Under the pieces are notes generated by a model, which searched no databases, had not been told where the DNA came from, and saw nothing but the letters and a program-made list of their open reading frames with translations. The position numbers and the translations under genes were made by a program. 64,000 bases of DNA from Escherichia coli (GTDB lineage Bacteria > Pseudomonadota > Gammaproteobacteria > Enterobacterales > Enterobacteriaceae), in the NCBI RefSeq assembly GCF_013122565.1, contig NZ_CP053258.1. One strand, 5' to 3'. Below are positions 32,773-42,886 of this stretch, piece by piece (within the stretch, counting starts at the first letter, position 1; each line of letters begins with the position of its first letter).

Positions 32773-33687
32773 ATGGGTAAAACAATAAGTATGAAGGTTC
32801 TGTTCGGTATTTATCTTCTATTAATAGCAGGCAAAGTTTTTGCCTTCAGTTGTAATGTCGATGGCGGGTCAAGTATTGGAGCAGGTACAACCTCTGTTTA
32901 TGTTAATCTCGACCCTGTAATACAACCGGGCCAGAATCTGGTTGTAGACTTGTCTCAGCATATAAGTTGCTGGAATGATTACGGCGGCTGGTACGACACT
33001 GATCATATAAACCTGGTACAAGGCTCAGCTTTCGCAGGCTCCCTACAGTCATATAAAGGATCGCTGTACTGGAATAATGTGACCTACCCCTTCCCGTTGA
33101 CAACAAATACCAACGTATTGGATATTGGTGATAAGACACCGATGCCATTACCGTTAAAACTCTATATTACTCCAGTCGGGGCGGCCGGCGGAGTTGTCAT
33201 AAACGCGGGGGAAGTTATTGCCCGTATTCATATGTATAAAATTGCAACATTAGGAAGCGGAAATCCGCGTAATTTTACGTGGAATATTATTTCAAATAAC
33301 AGTGTTGTTATGCCAACAGGCGGCTGCACCGTTGATAGTCGTAATGTCAACGTGAATCTCCCGGACTTTCCTGGAAGCGCAGAAATACCCCTTGGCGTAT
33401 ATTGCTCAAGTGAACAAAAGCTCTCATTTTATCTTTCGGGTGCTACCACTGACAGTGCCAGACAAGTGTTTGCTAACACAGCACCAGATGCAACAAAAGC
33501 AGCGGGAGTGGGTGTCTCTCTGATGCGTAATGGAAAAATACTGGCTACGGGAGAAAATGTCTCCCTGGGGACAGTAAATAAAAGCAAAGTACCTCTGGGT
33601 TTAAGCGCAACCTATGGACAAACAGGAAACAAAGTTTCAGCCGGAACCGTCCAGTCAGTCATTGGTGTCACTTTTATCTATGAATAA
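32773..33687 (+). CDS. ydeQ: Fimbrial tip adhesin YdeQ (FimH/FmlH-like two-domain adhesin)
   Basis: 304-aa ORF, last gene of the operon; adhesin-like length and signal peptide. Confidence 0.85.
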   Translation: MGKTISMKVLFGIYLLLIAGKVFAFSCNVDGGSSIGAGTTSVYVNLDPVIQPGQNLVVDLSQHISCWNDYGGWYDTDHINLVQGSAFAGSLQSYKGSLYWNNVTYPFPLTTNTNVLDIGDKTPMPLPLKLYITPVGAAGGVVINAGEVIARIHMYKIATLGSGNPRNFTWNIISNNSVVMPTGGCTVDSRNVNVNLPDFPGSAEIPLGVYCSSEQKLSFYLSGATTDSARQVFANTAPDATKAAGVGVSLMRNGKILATGENVSLGTVNKSKVPLGLSATYGQTGNKVSAGTVQSVIGVTFIYE

Positions 33688-33759
33688 TTGTGATTTTGAC
33701 CTTAGTCTATGCGCTCCATTCACGAAAATTGCGCGGATAATTATTTTGTGAAGGCTATT

Positions 33760-33777
33760 ATCCTACACCTGTAAGAA
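33760..33777. promoter_or_regulatory. EvgA-box-like inverted repeat (ATCCTACA-CC-TGTAAGAA) upstream of ydeP
   Basis: Matches the TTCYTACA-N2-TGTARGAA EvgA consensus; ydeP is a known direct EvgA target. Confidence 0.65.
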
Positions 33778-34020
33778 AATCCGCGCACAATTGAAGCCAG
33801 AGTCTTATTTTTTATATTGAAAAACATGTTAATTTAAACACTATGAGAGATGATGCTTAATTTATCGTGTTTAATCTTTTGTTTAACGATAATAGATTAA
33901 AAATAGAAAGAGAGTAGTCCCCTACTCTTATATATCCATGTTGACGATAATCCCTTTGTATATACTGTGCATCATCGCTATTACAAATCCTAATAATTCA
34001 TTTCCACACAGGATAAGCAG

Positions 34021-36300
34021 ATGAAGAAAAAAATTGAATCCTACCAGGGAGCTGCCGGTGGTTGGGGTGCTGTTAAATCCGTAGCGAATGCAGTACGTAA
34101 GCAGATGGATATACGCCAGGATGTTATTGCCATGTTTGACATGAATAAGCCAGAGGGCTTTGACTGTCCGGGTTGTGCATGGCCAGATCCTAAGCACAGT
34201 GCGTCATTCGACATTTGTGAAAACGGCGCAAAAGCAATCGCCTGGGAAGTCACGGATAAGCAGGTAAACGCCTCTTTCTTTGCTGAGAATACGGTTCAAT
34301 CATTACTTACCTGGGGAGACCACGAGCTTGAGGCTGCGGGGCGACTCACTCAGCCTTTGAAATATGATGCCGTCAGCGACTGTTACAAGCCATTAAGCTG
34401 GCAACAAGCTTTCGATGAAATTGGCGCACGCCTTCAAAGCTATAGTGATCCCAATCAGGTTGAATTCTATACTTCGGGCCGCACTTCCAATGAAGCTGCC
34501 TTTCTTTATCAGCTTTTTGCCCGTGAATACGGGAGCAATAACTTTCCCGACTGCTCCAACATGTGCCATGAACCGACCAGTGTGGGTTTGGCAGCGAGTA
34601 TCGGTGTGGGTAAAGGGACCGTGTTGCTGGAAGACTTTGAGAAATGCGATTTAGTCATTTGCATTGGGCATAACCCTGGTACAAACCACCCTCGCATGTT
34701 GACTTCGTTGCGCGCTTTAGTGAAACGGGGAGCGAAAATGATCGCCATCAATCCTCTACAGGAACGTGGTCTGGAGCGATTTACCGCACCGCAAAACCCG
34801 TTTGAAATGCTGACGAACTCTGAGACTCAGTTGGCCAGTGCCTACTATAACGTGCGCATTGGTGGCGATATGGCGTTGCTCAAGGGGATGATGCGCCTGT
34901 TAATTGAGCGCGATGATGCTGCAAGCGCCGCAGGTCGGCCCTCATTGCTGGATGACGAATTTATTCAAACGCATACCGTCGGCTTTGACGAGCTACGCCG
35001 TGACGTTCTCAATTCCGAGTGGAAAGATATCGAACGTATTTCTGGACTAAGTCAGACTCAAATCGCCGAACTGGCTGATGCATATGCCGCTGCCGAACGC
35101 ACCATTATCTGTTACGGAATGGGGATCACTCAGCACGAACATGGTACCCAGAATGTACAGCAACTGGTCAATCTGCTGTTGATGAAAGGTAACATTGGCA
35201 AGCCTGGTGCGGGTATCTGCCCACTACGAGGTCACTCTAATGTACAGGGCGACCGAACCGTCGGTATCACCGAGAAACCGTCTGCAGAGTTTCTGGCTCG
35301 CCTGGGTGAGCGCTATGGTTTCACCCCACCTCATGCACCTGGACATGCTGCAATTGCCAGCATGCAAGCGATATGTACGGGGCAGGCTCGAGCATTGATC
35401 TGCATGGGGGGCAACTTTGCACTGGCAATGCCAGATCGGGAAGCGAGCGCTGTACCGTTAACGCAATTAGATTTGGCGGTACACGTAGCCACTAAGCTTA
35501 ACCGCTCTCATCTGCTGACCGCACAGCATAGCTATATTCTGCCGGTTCTTGGGCGTAGCGAGATTGACATGCAAAAAAGCGGTGCGCAGGCGGTAACCGT
35601 TGAGGATTCAATGTCGATGATTCATGCCTCGCGTGGCGTGTTAAAACCCGCCGGTGTAATGCTGAAATCAGAGTGTGCAGTGGTCGCGGGTATCGCGCAG
35701 GCGGCACTACCCCAGAGCGTGGTAGCCTGGGAGTATCTGGTGGAAGATTATGATCGCATTCGCAATGACATTGAAGCTGTGCTGCCAGAGTTCGCCGACT
35801 ATAACCAGCGCATCCGACATCCTGGAGGTTTTCACCTGATAAACGCAGCTGCTGAAAGGCGCTGGATGACGTCGTCAGGTAAGGCTAATTTCATTACCAG
35901 TAAAGGGCTGTTAGAAGATCCCTCTTCAGCGTTTAACAGTAAGCTAGTCATGGCGACAGTACGCAGTCACGATCAGTACAACACGACGATTTATGGTATG
36001 GATGATCGCTATCGAGGGGTATTCGGTCAACGAGATGTGGTCTTTATGAGTGCTAAACAAGCTAAAATTTGCCGTGTAAAAAACGGCGAAAGAGTTAATC
36101 TTATTGCGCTTACGCCAGACGGTAAGCGAAGCTCACGCCGCATGGATAGATTAAAAGTGGTCATTTACCCTATGGCTGACCGCTCACTGGTGACCTATTT
36201 TCCAGAATCGAATCACATGCTAACACTTGATAACCACGATCCATTAAGTGGCATTCCAGGCTATAAAAGTATTCCGGTTGAATTAGAACCATCAAATTAA
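34021..36300 (+). CDS. ydeP: YdeP, molybdopterin oxidoreductase-family acid-resistance protein
   Basis: 759-aa ORF; sequence and length match K-12 YdeP. Confidence 0.93.
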   Translation: MKKKIESYQGAAGGWGAVKSVANAVRKQMDIRQDVIAMFDMNKPEGFDCPGCAWPDPKHSASFDICENGAKAIAWEVTDKQVNASFFAENTVQSLLTWGDHELEAAGRLTQPLKYDAVSDCYKPLSWQQAFDEIGARLQSYSDPNQVEFYTSGRTSNEAAFLYQLFAREYGSNNFPDCSNMCHEPTSVGLAASIGVGKGTVLLEDFEKCDLVICIGHNPGTNHPRMLTSLRALVKRGAKMIAINPLQERGLERFTAPQNPFEMLTNSETQLASAYYNVRIGGDMALLKGMMRLLIERDDAASAAGRPSLLDDEFIQTHTVGFDELRRDVLNSEWKDIERISGLSQTQIAELADAYAAAERTIICYGMGITQHEHGTQNVQQLVNLLLMKGNIGKPGAGICPLRGHSNVQGDRTVGITEKPSAEFLARLGERYGFTPPHAPGHAAIASMQAICTGQARALICMGGNFALAMPDREASAVPLTQLDLAVHVATKLNRSHLLTAQHSYILPVLGRSEIDMQKSGAQAVTVEDSMSMIHASRGVLKPAGVMLKSECAVVAGIAQAALPQSVVAWEYLVEDYDRIRNDIEAVLPEFADYNQRIRHPGGFHLINAAAERRWMTSSGKANFITSKGLLEDPSSAFNSKLVMATVRSHDQYNTTIYGMDDRYRGVFGQRDVVFMSAKQAKICRVKNGERVNLIALTPDGKRSSRRMDRLKVVIYPMADRSLVTYFPESNHMLTLDNHDPLSGIPGYKSIPVELEPSN

Positions 36301-36418
36301 TGCCTCTTCTCATTTCTTCTGCTGTCATCCGCACAGCAGAAGAATTCCTCATTGACTATTATCGCGCAATTTGCTCACATGGATTAAATTAAACCACATC
36401 CTATAAGATATAAACTTC

Positions 36419-36436
36419 TGCCTACAGCTGTAAGAA
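36419..36436. promoter_or_regulatory. EvgA-box-like element (TGCCTACA-GC-TGTAAGAA) upstream of safA-ydeO
   Basis: Shares an extended ~40-bp module with the ydeP upstream site (CCTACA-N-CTGTAAGAAA-N-TCCGC...TGAAG). Confidence 0.6.
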
Positions 36437-36547
36437 ACTCCGCTCAGTACTGAAGTGTCAGTCCTATTTCCTCTTTTCTCCAGCCTGTTATATTAAGCAT
36501 ACTGATTAACGATTTTTAACGTTATCCGCTAAATTAACATATTTGAA

Positions 36548-36745
36548 ATGCATGCGACCACAGTGAAAAACAAAATCACGCAACGAGACAACTATAAAGA
36601 GATCATGTCTGTAATTGTGGTTGTCTTATTACTGACTCTTACATTGATAGCCATTTTTTCGGCAATTGATCAGCTGGGTATTTCAGAAATGGGTCGCATT
36701 GCAAGAGATCTTACACATTTCATTATCAATAGTTTGCAAGACTGA
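36548..36745 (+). CDS. safA: SafA (B1500), small membrane connector between EvgS/EvgA and PhoQ/PhoP
   Basis: 65-aa ORF (MHATTVKNKITQRDNYKEIMSVIVVVLLLTLTLIAIF...) with a single transmembrane segment. Confidence 0.88.
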   Translation: MHATTVKNKITQRDNYKEIMSVIVVVLLLTLTLIAIFSAIDQLGISEMGRIARDLTHFIINSLQD

Positions 36746-36818
36746 AAATAAACAGCAAATTATAAATGTGAAATGTTTAAAAGGTATCGATAAAACTTTA
36801 TTGTTTTAAGGAGATAAA

Positions 36819-37580
36819 ATGTCGCTCGTTTGTTCTGTTATATTTATTCATCATGCCTTCAACGCTAACATTTTAGATAAAGATTACGCCTTCTCTGATG
36901 GCGAGATCCTGATGGTAGATAACGCTGTTCGTACGCATTTTGAACCTTATGAGCGGCATTTCAAAGAAATAGGATTTAATGAAAATACCATTAAAAAATA
37001 TCTACAATGCACTAACATCCAGACAGTGACGATGCCTGTTCCTGCGAAGTTTTTACGTGCTTCAAATGTACCGACTGGATTGCTTAATGAAATGATTGCT
37101 TATCTCAACTCGGAAGAACGCAATCATCATAACTTTTCAGAACTTTTGCTTTTTTCTTGCCTGTCTATTTTTGCCACATGCAAAGGTTTCATTACACTAT
37201 TAACTAACGGTGTGCTATCCGTTTCCGGGAAAGTGAGAAATATTGTCAACATGAAGCTGGCGCACCCATGGAAGCTGAAAGATATTTGTGACTGCCTGTA
37301 CATTAGTGAAAGCCTGTTGAAGAAAAAACTAAAGCAAGAGCAAACGACATTCTCACAGATTCTTTTAGATGCCAGAATGCAGCACGCAAAAAATTTGATA
37401 CGCGTAGAAGGTTCAGTCAATAAAATTGCCGAACAATGTGGTTATGCGAGTACATCTTATTTTATTTATGCGTTCCGCAAACATTTCGGCAACAGTCCAA
37501 AGAGAGTTTCTAAGGAGTACCGTTGTCAAAGGCACACGGGTAGGAATACGGGCAACACGATGAATGCTTTAGCTATTTGA
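36819..37580 (+). CDS. ydeO: YdeO, AraC-family acid-resistance regulator
   Basis: 253-aa ORF with C-terminal AraC HTH (...IAEQCGYASTSYFIYAFRKHFGNSPKR...). Confidence 0.92.
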   Translation: MSLVCSVIFIHHAFNANILDKDYAFSDGEILMVDNAVRTHFEPYERHFKEIGFNENTIKKYLQCTNIQTVTMPVPAKFLRASNVPTGLLNEMIAYLNSEERNHHNFSELLLFSCLSIFATCKGFITLLTNGVLSVSGKVRNIVNMKLAHPWKLKDICDCLYISESLLKKKLKQEQTTFSQILLDARMQHAKNLIRVEGSVNKIAEQCGYASTSYFIYAFRKHFGNSPKRVSKEYRCQRHTGRNTGNTMNALAI

Positions 37581-37628
37581 TTATTTGCTAACGAGTAGTC
37601 AACCACACACGCTGCGTAAGAATTAAAT

Positions 37629-37660
37629 GGGGCAGCCATTCCCTGCCCCGCGTTGTTTTT
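37629..37660 (+). terminator. Rho-independent terminator after ydeO
   Basis: GGGGCAG / CTGCCCC stem followed by GCGTTGTTTTT. Confidence 0.6.
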
Positions 37661-37981
37661 AGGTGATATATTTCTTGAAATAAATAAGTGACAGCCATCA
37701 CATATTTATGCATTTGCATAACCCGTTGCATGATTATTTATGATCTCAATTCGGTATTTTGTCAGTAAAATCCAATAATTTATTAAATATCAATAGATTA
37801 GTTGTTTATCAACGAGAAATTACTTAGTAGAACAGAAAGTAATGTCAACAGTTTATGGACTGTTATTTCTCTTTTTTTAGCTAAATCTGCTATCTCTTTA
37901 TGTGACTAACTTCACTTACATCCACTTATTTCTCTTCATAAAATTACTTTGGAATTAAGTACAATAAGAAGAGGAACATTT

Positions 37982-39664
37982 ATGAAGTCTGCATTAAAGA
38001 AAAGTGTCGTAAGTACCTCGATATCTTTGATACTGGCATCTGGTATGGCTGCATTTGCTGCTCATGCGGCAGATGATGTAAAGCTGAAAGCAACCAAAAC
38101 AAACGTTGCTTTCTCAGACTTTACGCCGACTGAATACAGTACCAAAGGAAAGCCAAATATTATCGTACTGACCATGGATGATCTTGGTTATGGACAACTT
38201 CCTTTTGATAAGGGATCTTTTGACCCAAAAACAATGGAAAATCGTGAAATTGTCGATACCTACAAAATAGGGATAGATAAAGCCATTGAAGCTGCGCAAA
38301 AATCAACGCCGACGCTCCTGTCATTAATGGATGAAGGCGTACGTTTTACTAACGGCTATGTGGCGCACGGTGTTTCCGGCCCCTCCCGCGCCGCAATAAT
38401 GACCGGTCGAGCGCCCGCCCGCTTTGGGGTCTATTCCAATACCGATGCTCAGGATGGTATTCCGCTAACAGAAACTTTCTTGCCTGAATTATTCCAGAAT
38501 CATGGTTATTACACTGCAGCAGTAGGTAAATGGCACTTGTCAAAAATCAGTAATGTGCCGGTACCGGAAGATAAACAAACACGTGACTATCATGACAACT
38601 TCACCACATTTTCTGCGGAAGAATGGCAACCTCAAAACCGTGGCTTTGATTACTTTATGGGATTCCACGCTGCAGGAACGGCATATTACAACTCCCCTTC
38701 ACTGTTCAAAAATCGTGAACGTGTCCCCGCAAAAGGTTATATCAGCGATCAGTTAACCGATGAGGCAATTGGCGTTGTTGATCGTGCCAAAACACTTGAC
38801 CAGCCTTTTATGCTTTACCTGGCTTATAATGCTCCGCACCTGCCAAATGATAATCCTGCACCGGAGCAATATCAGAAGCAATTTAATACCGGTAGTCAAA
38901 CAGCGGATAACTACTACGCTTCCGTTTATTCTGTTGATCAGGGTGTAAAACGCATTCTCGAACAACTGAAGAAAAACGGACAGTATGACAATACAATTAT
39001 TCTCTTTACCTCCGATAATGGTGCGGTTATCGATGGTCCTCTGCCGCTGAACGGGGCGCAAAAAGGCTATAAGAGTCAGACCTATCCTGGCGGTACTCAC
39101 ACCCCAATGTTTATGTGGTGGAAAGGAAAACTTCAACCCGGTAATTATGACAAACTGATTTCCGCAATGGATTTCTACCCGACAGCTCTCGATGCAGCCG
39201 ATATCAGCATTCCAAAAGACCTTAAGCTGGATGGCGTTTCCTTGCTGCCCTGGTTGCAAGATAAGAAACAAGGCGAGCCACATAAAAATCTGACCTGGAT
39301 AACCTCTTATTCTCACTGGTTTGACGAGGAAAATATTCCATTCTGGGATAATTACCACAAATTTGTCCGCCATCAGTCAGACGATTACCCGCATAACCCC
39401 AACACCGAGGACTTAAGCCAATTCTCTTATACGGTGAGAAATAACGATTATTCGCTTGTCTATACAGTAGAAAACAATCAGTTAGGTCTATACAAACTGA
39501 CGGATCTACAGCAAAAAGATAACATTGCCGCCGCCAATCCGCAGGTCGTTAAAGAGATGCAAGGCGTGGTAAGAGAGTTTATCGATAGCAGCCAGCCACC
39601 GCTTAGCGAGGTAAATCAGGAGAAGTTTAACAATATCAAGAAAGCACTAAGCGAAGCGAAATAA
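37982..39664 (+). CDS. ydeN: YdeN, putative sulfatase
   Basis: 560 aa from ATG 37982 (MKSALKK...); signal peptide and sulfatase-family sequence. Confidence 0.9.
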   Translation: MKSALKKSVVSTSISLILASGMAAFAAHAADDVKLKATKTNVAFSDFTPTEYSTKGKPNIIVLTMDDLGYGQLPFDKGSFDPKTMENREIVDTYKIGIDKAIEAAQKSTPTLLSLMDEGVRFTNGYVAHGVSGPSRAAIMTGRAPARFGVYSNTDAQDGIPLTETFLPELFQNHGYYTAAVGKWHLSKISNVPVPEDKQTRDYHDNFTTFSAEEWQPQNRGFDYFMGFHAAGTAYYNSPSLFKNRERVPAKGYISDQLTDEAIGVVDRAKTLDQPFMLYLAYNAPHLPNDNPAPEQYQKQFNTGSQTADNYYASVYSVDQGVKRILEQLKKNGQYDNTIILFTSDNGAVIDGPLPLNGAQKGYKSQTYPGGTHTPMFMWWKGKLQPGNYDKLISAMDFYPTALDAADISIPKDLKLDGVSLLPWLQDKKQGEPHKNLTWITSYSHWFDEENIPFWDNYHKFVRHQSDDYPHNPNTEDLSQFSYTVRNNDYSLVYTVENNQLGLYKLTDLQQKDNIAAANPQVVKEMQGVVREFIDSSQPPLSEVNQEKFNNIKKALSEAK

Positions 39665-39715
39665 CTAAACCTTCATGCGGCGGATTTTTCCGCCGCCTTA
39701 TTGAGCGAGATAGCG

Positions 39716-40873
39716 ATGCACGTTACAGCCAAGCCCTCCAGTTTTCAATGTAATCTCAAATGTGATTACTGTTTTTACCTTGAAAAAGAGTCGCAGTTTA
39801 CTCATGAAAAATGGATGGATGACAGCACTCTGAAAGAGTTCATCAAACAATATATCGCAGCGTCTGGCAATCAGGTCTATTTTACCTGGCAAGGCGGTGA
39901 ACCCACTCTGGCTGGCCTGGATTTTTTCCGTAAAGTTATTCACTATCAACAACGCTATGCAGGCCAAAAACGTATTTTTAATGCATTACAAACGAATGGC
40001 ATTTTATTGAATAATGAATGGTGTGCCTTTCTCAAAGAACATGAGTTTCTGGTTGGTATCTCGATCGATGGCCCCCAGGAGCTACATGACCTTTACAGAC
40101 GCAGTAATTCAGGCAACGGTACTTTTGCAAAAGTGATAGCAGCCATCGAGCGTCTGAAATCATATCAAGTAGAGTTTAATACGTTAACCGTCATTAATAA
40201 CGTTAATGTCCATTACCCTCTTGAGGTTTATCATTTTTTAAAATCTATCGGCAGTAAACATATGCAATTTATCGAATTGCTAGAAACCGGGACGCCGAAT
40301 ATTGATTTCAGTGGTCACAGTGAGAACACATTCCGTATCATTGATTTTTCTGTGCCTCCCACGGCTTATGGCAAGTTTATGTCAACCATTTTTATGCAAT
40401 GGGTTAAAAACGATGTGGGTGAAATTTTCATCCGTCAGTTTGAAAGCTTTGTCAGCCGTTTTTTGGGGAATGGGCATACCAGTTGTATTTTCCAGGAGTC
40501 CTGCAAGGATAATCTGGTTGTTGAAAGTAATGGAGATATTTACGAATGCGACCATTTTGTCTATCCACAGTACAAAATTGGAAACATTAATAAATCTGAA
40601 CTTAAAACGATGAACAGTGTACAACTGACAGCGCAAAAAAAACGGATTTCAGCGAAATGTCAGCAATGTGCATATAAACCTATCTGCAATGGCGGTTGCC
40701 CTAAGCATCGTATTACTAAAGTAAACAATGAGACTGTTTCCTATTTTTGCGAAGGTTATAAAATCCTTTTTTCAACCATGGTACCTTATATGAACGCCAT
40801 GGTGGAGTTAGCCAAGAACAGAGTACCGCTTTACCACATTATGGATGTTGCAAAACAAATGGAGAATAATTAA
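39716..40873 (+). CDS. ydeM: YdeM, anaerobic sulfatase-maturating radical SAM enzyme
   Basis: 385 aa from ATG 39716; the ORF track begins at an upstream TTG. CxxxCxxC motif (CNLKCDYC). Confidence 0.9.
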   Translation: MHVTAKPSSFQCNLKCDYCFYLEKESQFTHEKWMDDSTLKEFIKQYIAASGNQVYFTWQGGEPTLAGLDFFRKVIHYQQRYAGQKRIFNALQTNGILLNNEWCAFLKEHEFLVGISIDGPQELHDLYRRSNSGNGTFAKVIAAIERLKSYQVEFNTLTVINNVNVHYPLEVYHFLKSIGSKHMQFIELLETGTPNIDFSGHSENTFRIIDFSVPPTAYGKFMSTIFMQWVKNDVGEIFIRQFESFVSRFLGNGHTSCIFQESCKDNLVVESNGDIYECDHFVYPQYKIGNINKSELKTMNSVQLTAQKKRISAKCQQCAYKPICNGGCPKHRITKVNNETVSYFCEGYKILFSTMVPYMNAMVELAKNRVPLYHIMDVAKQMENN

Positions 40874-40926
40874 TAACGCTCTCTTTTAGCTCCATTCTTA
40901 GCCTCCTTCTTATGACCTTAACAAGG

Positions 40927-40957
40927 CACCCGACATAAATTCCTGTCGGGTGTTTCG
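40927..40957 (+). terminator. Rho-independent terminator after ydeM
   Basis: CACCCGACA / TGTCGGGTG 9-bp stem followed by TTTCG. Confidence 0.55.
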
Positions 40958-41163
40958 TCATCATCATCTTCCCTTGCGAAAATCCTGGCTTACGTGGTAT
41001 GCGTCAGGGCATTAGCAATACCCTTGATTATCAATAGCATAACCATAACTGATGAAAATGAAAAATTTCTATATATTTCATATTGTTAAGTGATACTTAA
41101 ATAAATTTCATCAGTAAATCATTGCCATAGATAATCATTGGATGGCACAATCAATTTTCGCTA

Positions 41164-42849
41164 ATGATAACCATTCCCATTACGTTTTGTATGTTGATAG
41201 CAAAGTATCTCTGTCTGCTGAAGCCCTTTTGGCTGCGTAAGAATAATAAAACTTCAGTGTTGTTAATCATTATTATCCTCGCCATGATCCTTGGCGTGGT
41301 TAAAATTCAGGTCTGGTTAAACGACTGGAATAATGATTTTTTCAATGCGCTAAGCCAGAAAGAAACCGATAAGCTTTGGCAGCTTGTCCTTTGGTTCCCG
41401 GCCTTGCTGGGGATCTTTGTATTAATATCCGTAAACAAAACATGGTTAATTAAACTGCTGACTATTCGCTGGCGCGAATGGTTAACAGATTACTACCTTA
41501 ATCGCTGGTTTGCAGATAAAAACTACTACTTCACGCAGATCTACGGTGAGCATAAAAATACAGATAACCCTGACCAACGTATCGCTGAAGACATCCTCTT
41601 ACTGATCAGCAAAACGCTCAGTCTTTCATTTGGCTTCATCCAGTCACTTAGCATGTTGATCACCTTTACCGTTATTCTTTGGCAAAGCGCGGGTACGCTC
41701 TCATTCACTGTTGGTGGAACAGAATGGAATATCCAGGGGTATATGGTCTATACCGTTGTGCTCATTGTGATCGGTGGAACTTTATTTACCCATAAGGTGG
41801 GTAAACGTATTCGTCCGCTTAATGTGGAAAAACAACGTAGCGAAGCGACATTTCGAACTAATCTTGTGCAGCATAATAAGCAGGCAGAACTGATTGCGCT
41901 AAGCAATGCTGAGTCTCTACAACGCCAGGAGTTGAGCGACAATTTTCATACCATTAAAGAGAACTGGCATCGTTTAATGAATCGTCAGCGGTGGCTTGAT
42001 TACTGGCAGAATATTTATTCGCGCTCGCTTAGCGTTCTTCCCTACTTTCTGTTATTGCCACAGTTTATTAGCGGACAGATCAATCTGGGCGGACTGATGA
42101 AATCGCGCCAGGCATTTATGCTGGTATCGAACAATTTAAGCTGGTTTATTTATAAATATGATGAACTTGCTGAACTGGCTGCGGTTATCGATCGCTTGTA
42201 TGAGTTCCATCAACTCACCGAACAGCGCCCTACGAATAAGCCTAAAAATTGCCAACATGCGGTACAAGTGGCTGACGCGAGTATTCGTACTCCTGATAAT
42301 AAGATCATATTAGAGAACCTGAACTTTCATGTTTCGCCTGGCAAATGGCTATTACTGAAAGGTTACTCTGGTGCGGGAAAAACCACACTGCTTAAAACAT
42401 TATCTCACTGCTGGCCGTGGTTTAAAGGTGATATTTCTTCTCCTGCTGACAGTTGGTATGTGTCACAAACACCGTTAATCAAAACCGGCTTGCTGAAAGA
42501 GATTATTTGTAAAGCACTTCCCCTGCCCGTAGACGATAAATCGTTGAGCGAAGTACTGCATCAGGTTGGTCTTGGGAAATTGGCTGCGCGTATTCATGAC
42601 CACGATCGCTGGGGAGATATTCTTTCCAGCGGCGAAAAACAACGTATCGCCCTGGCACGATTAATTTTACGACGTCCGAAATGGATATTTCTTGACGAAA
42701 CTACCTCTCATCTTGAGGAACAAGAGGCTATCCGCTTACTGCGTTTAGTACGTGAAAAACTACCCACAAGCGGCGTCATTATGGTTACACATCAACCCGG
42801 TGTCTGGAACCTGGCTGATGATATTTGTGACATTAGCGCGGTTTTATAA
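41164..42849 (+). CDS. yddA: YddA, ABC transporter fused permease/ATPase
   Basis: 561-aa ORF with N-terminal transmembrane region and C-terminal Walker A (GYSGAGKTT). Confidence 0.92.
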   Translation: MITIPITFCMLIAKYLCLLKPFWLRKNNKTSVLLIIIILAMILGVVKIQVWLNDWNNDFFNALSQKETDKLWQLVLWFPALLGIFVLISVNKTWLIKLLTIRWREWLTDYYLNRWFADKNYYFTQIYGEHKNTDNPDQRIAEDILLLISKTLSLSFGFIQSLSMLITFTVILWQSAGTLSFTVGGTEWNIQGYMVYTVVLIVIGGTLFTHKVGKRIRPLNVEKQRSEATFRTNLVQHNKQAELIALSNAESLQRQELSDNFHTIKENWHRLMNRQRWLDYWQNIYSRSLSVLPYFLLLPQFISGQINLGGLMKSRQAFMLVSNNLSWFIYKYDELAELAAVIDRLYEFHQLTEQRPTNKPKNCQHAVQVADASIRTPDNKIILENLNFHVSPGKWLLLKGYSGAGKTTLLKTLSHCWPWFKGDISSPADSWYVSQTPLIKTGLLKEIICKALPLPVDDKSLSEVLHQVGLGKLAARIHDHDRWGDILSSGEKQRIALARLILRRPKWIFLDETTSHLEEQEAIRLLRLVREKLPTSGVIMVTHQPGVWNLADDICDISAVL

Positions 42850-42886
42850 AAACAATAAAAGCCCTGCTGTACGGAGATATAAATAA

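Noticed and set aside
38753-39373. Minus-strand 206-aa ORF inside ydeN
   Set aside because: Antisense shadow of the sulfatase gene.
39677-39696. GCGGCGG-ATTTTT-CCGCCGC hairpin between ydeN and ydeM as a terminator
   Set aside because: The T run is in the loop, not after the stem, and ydeM starts 20 nt later; more likely an intra-operon structure.
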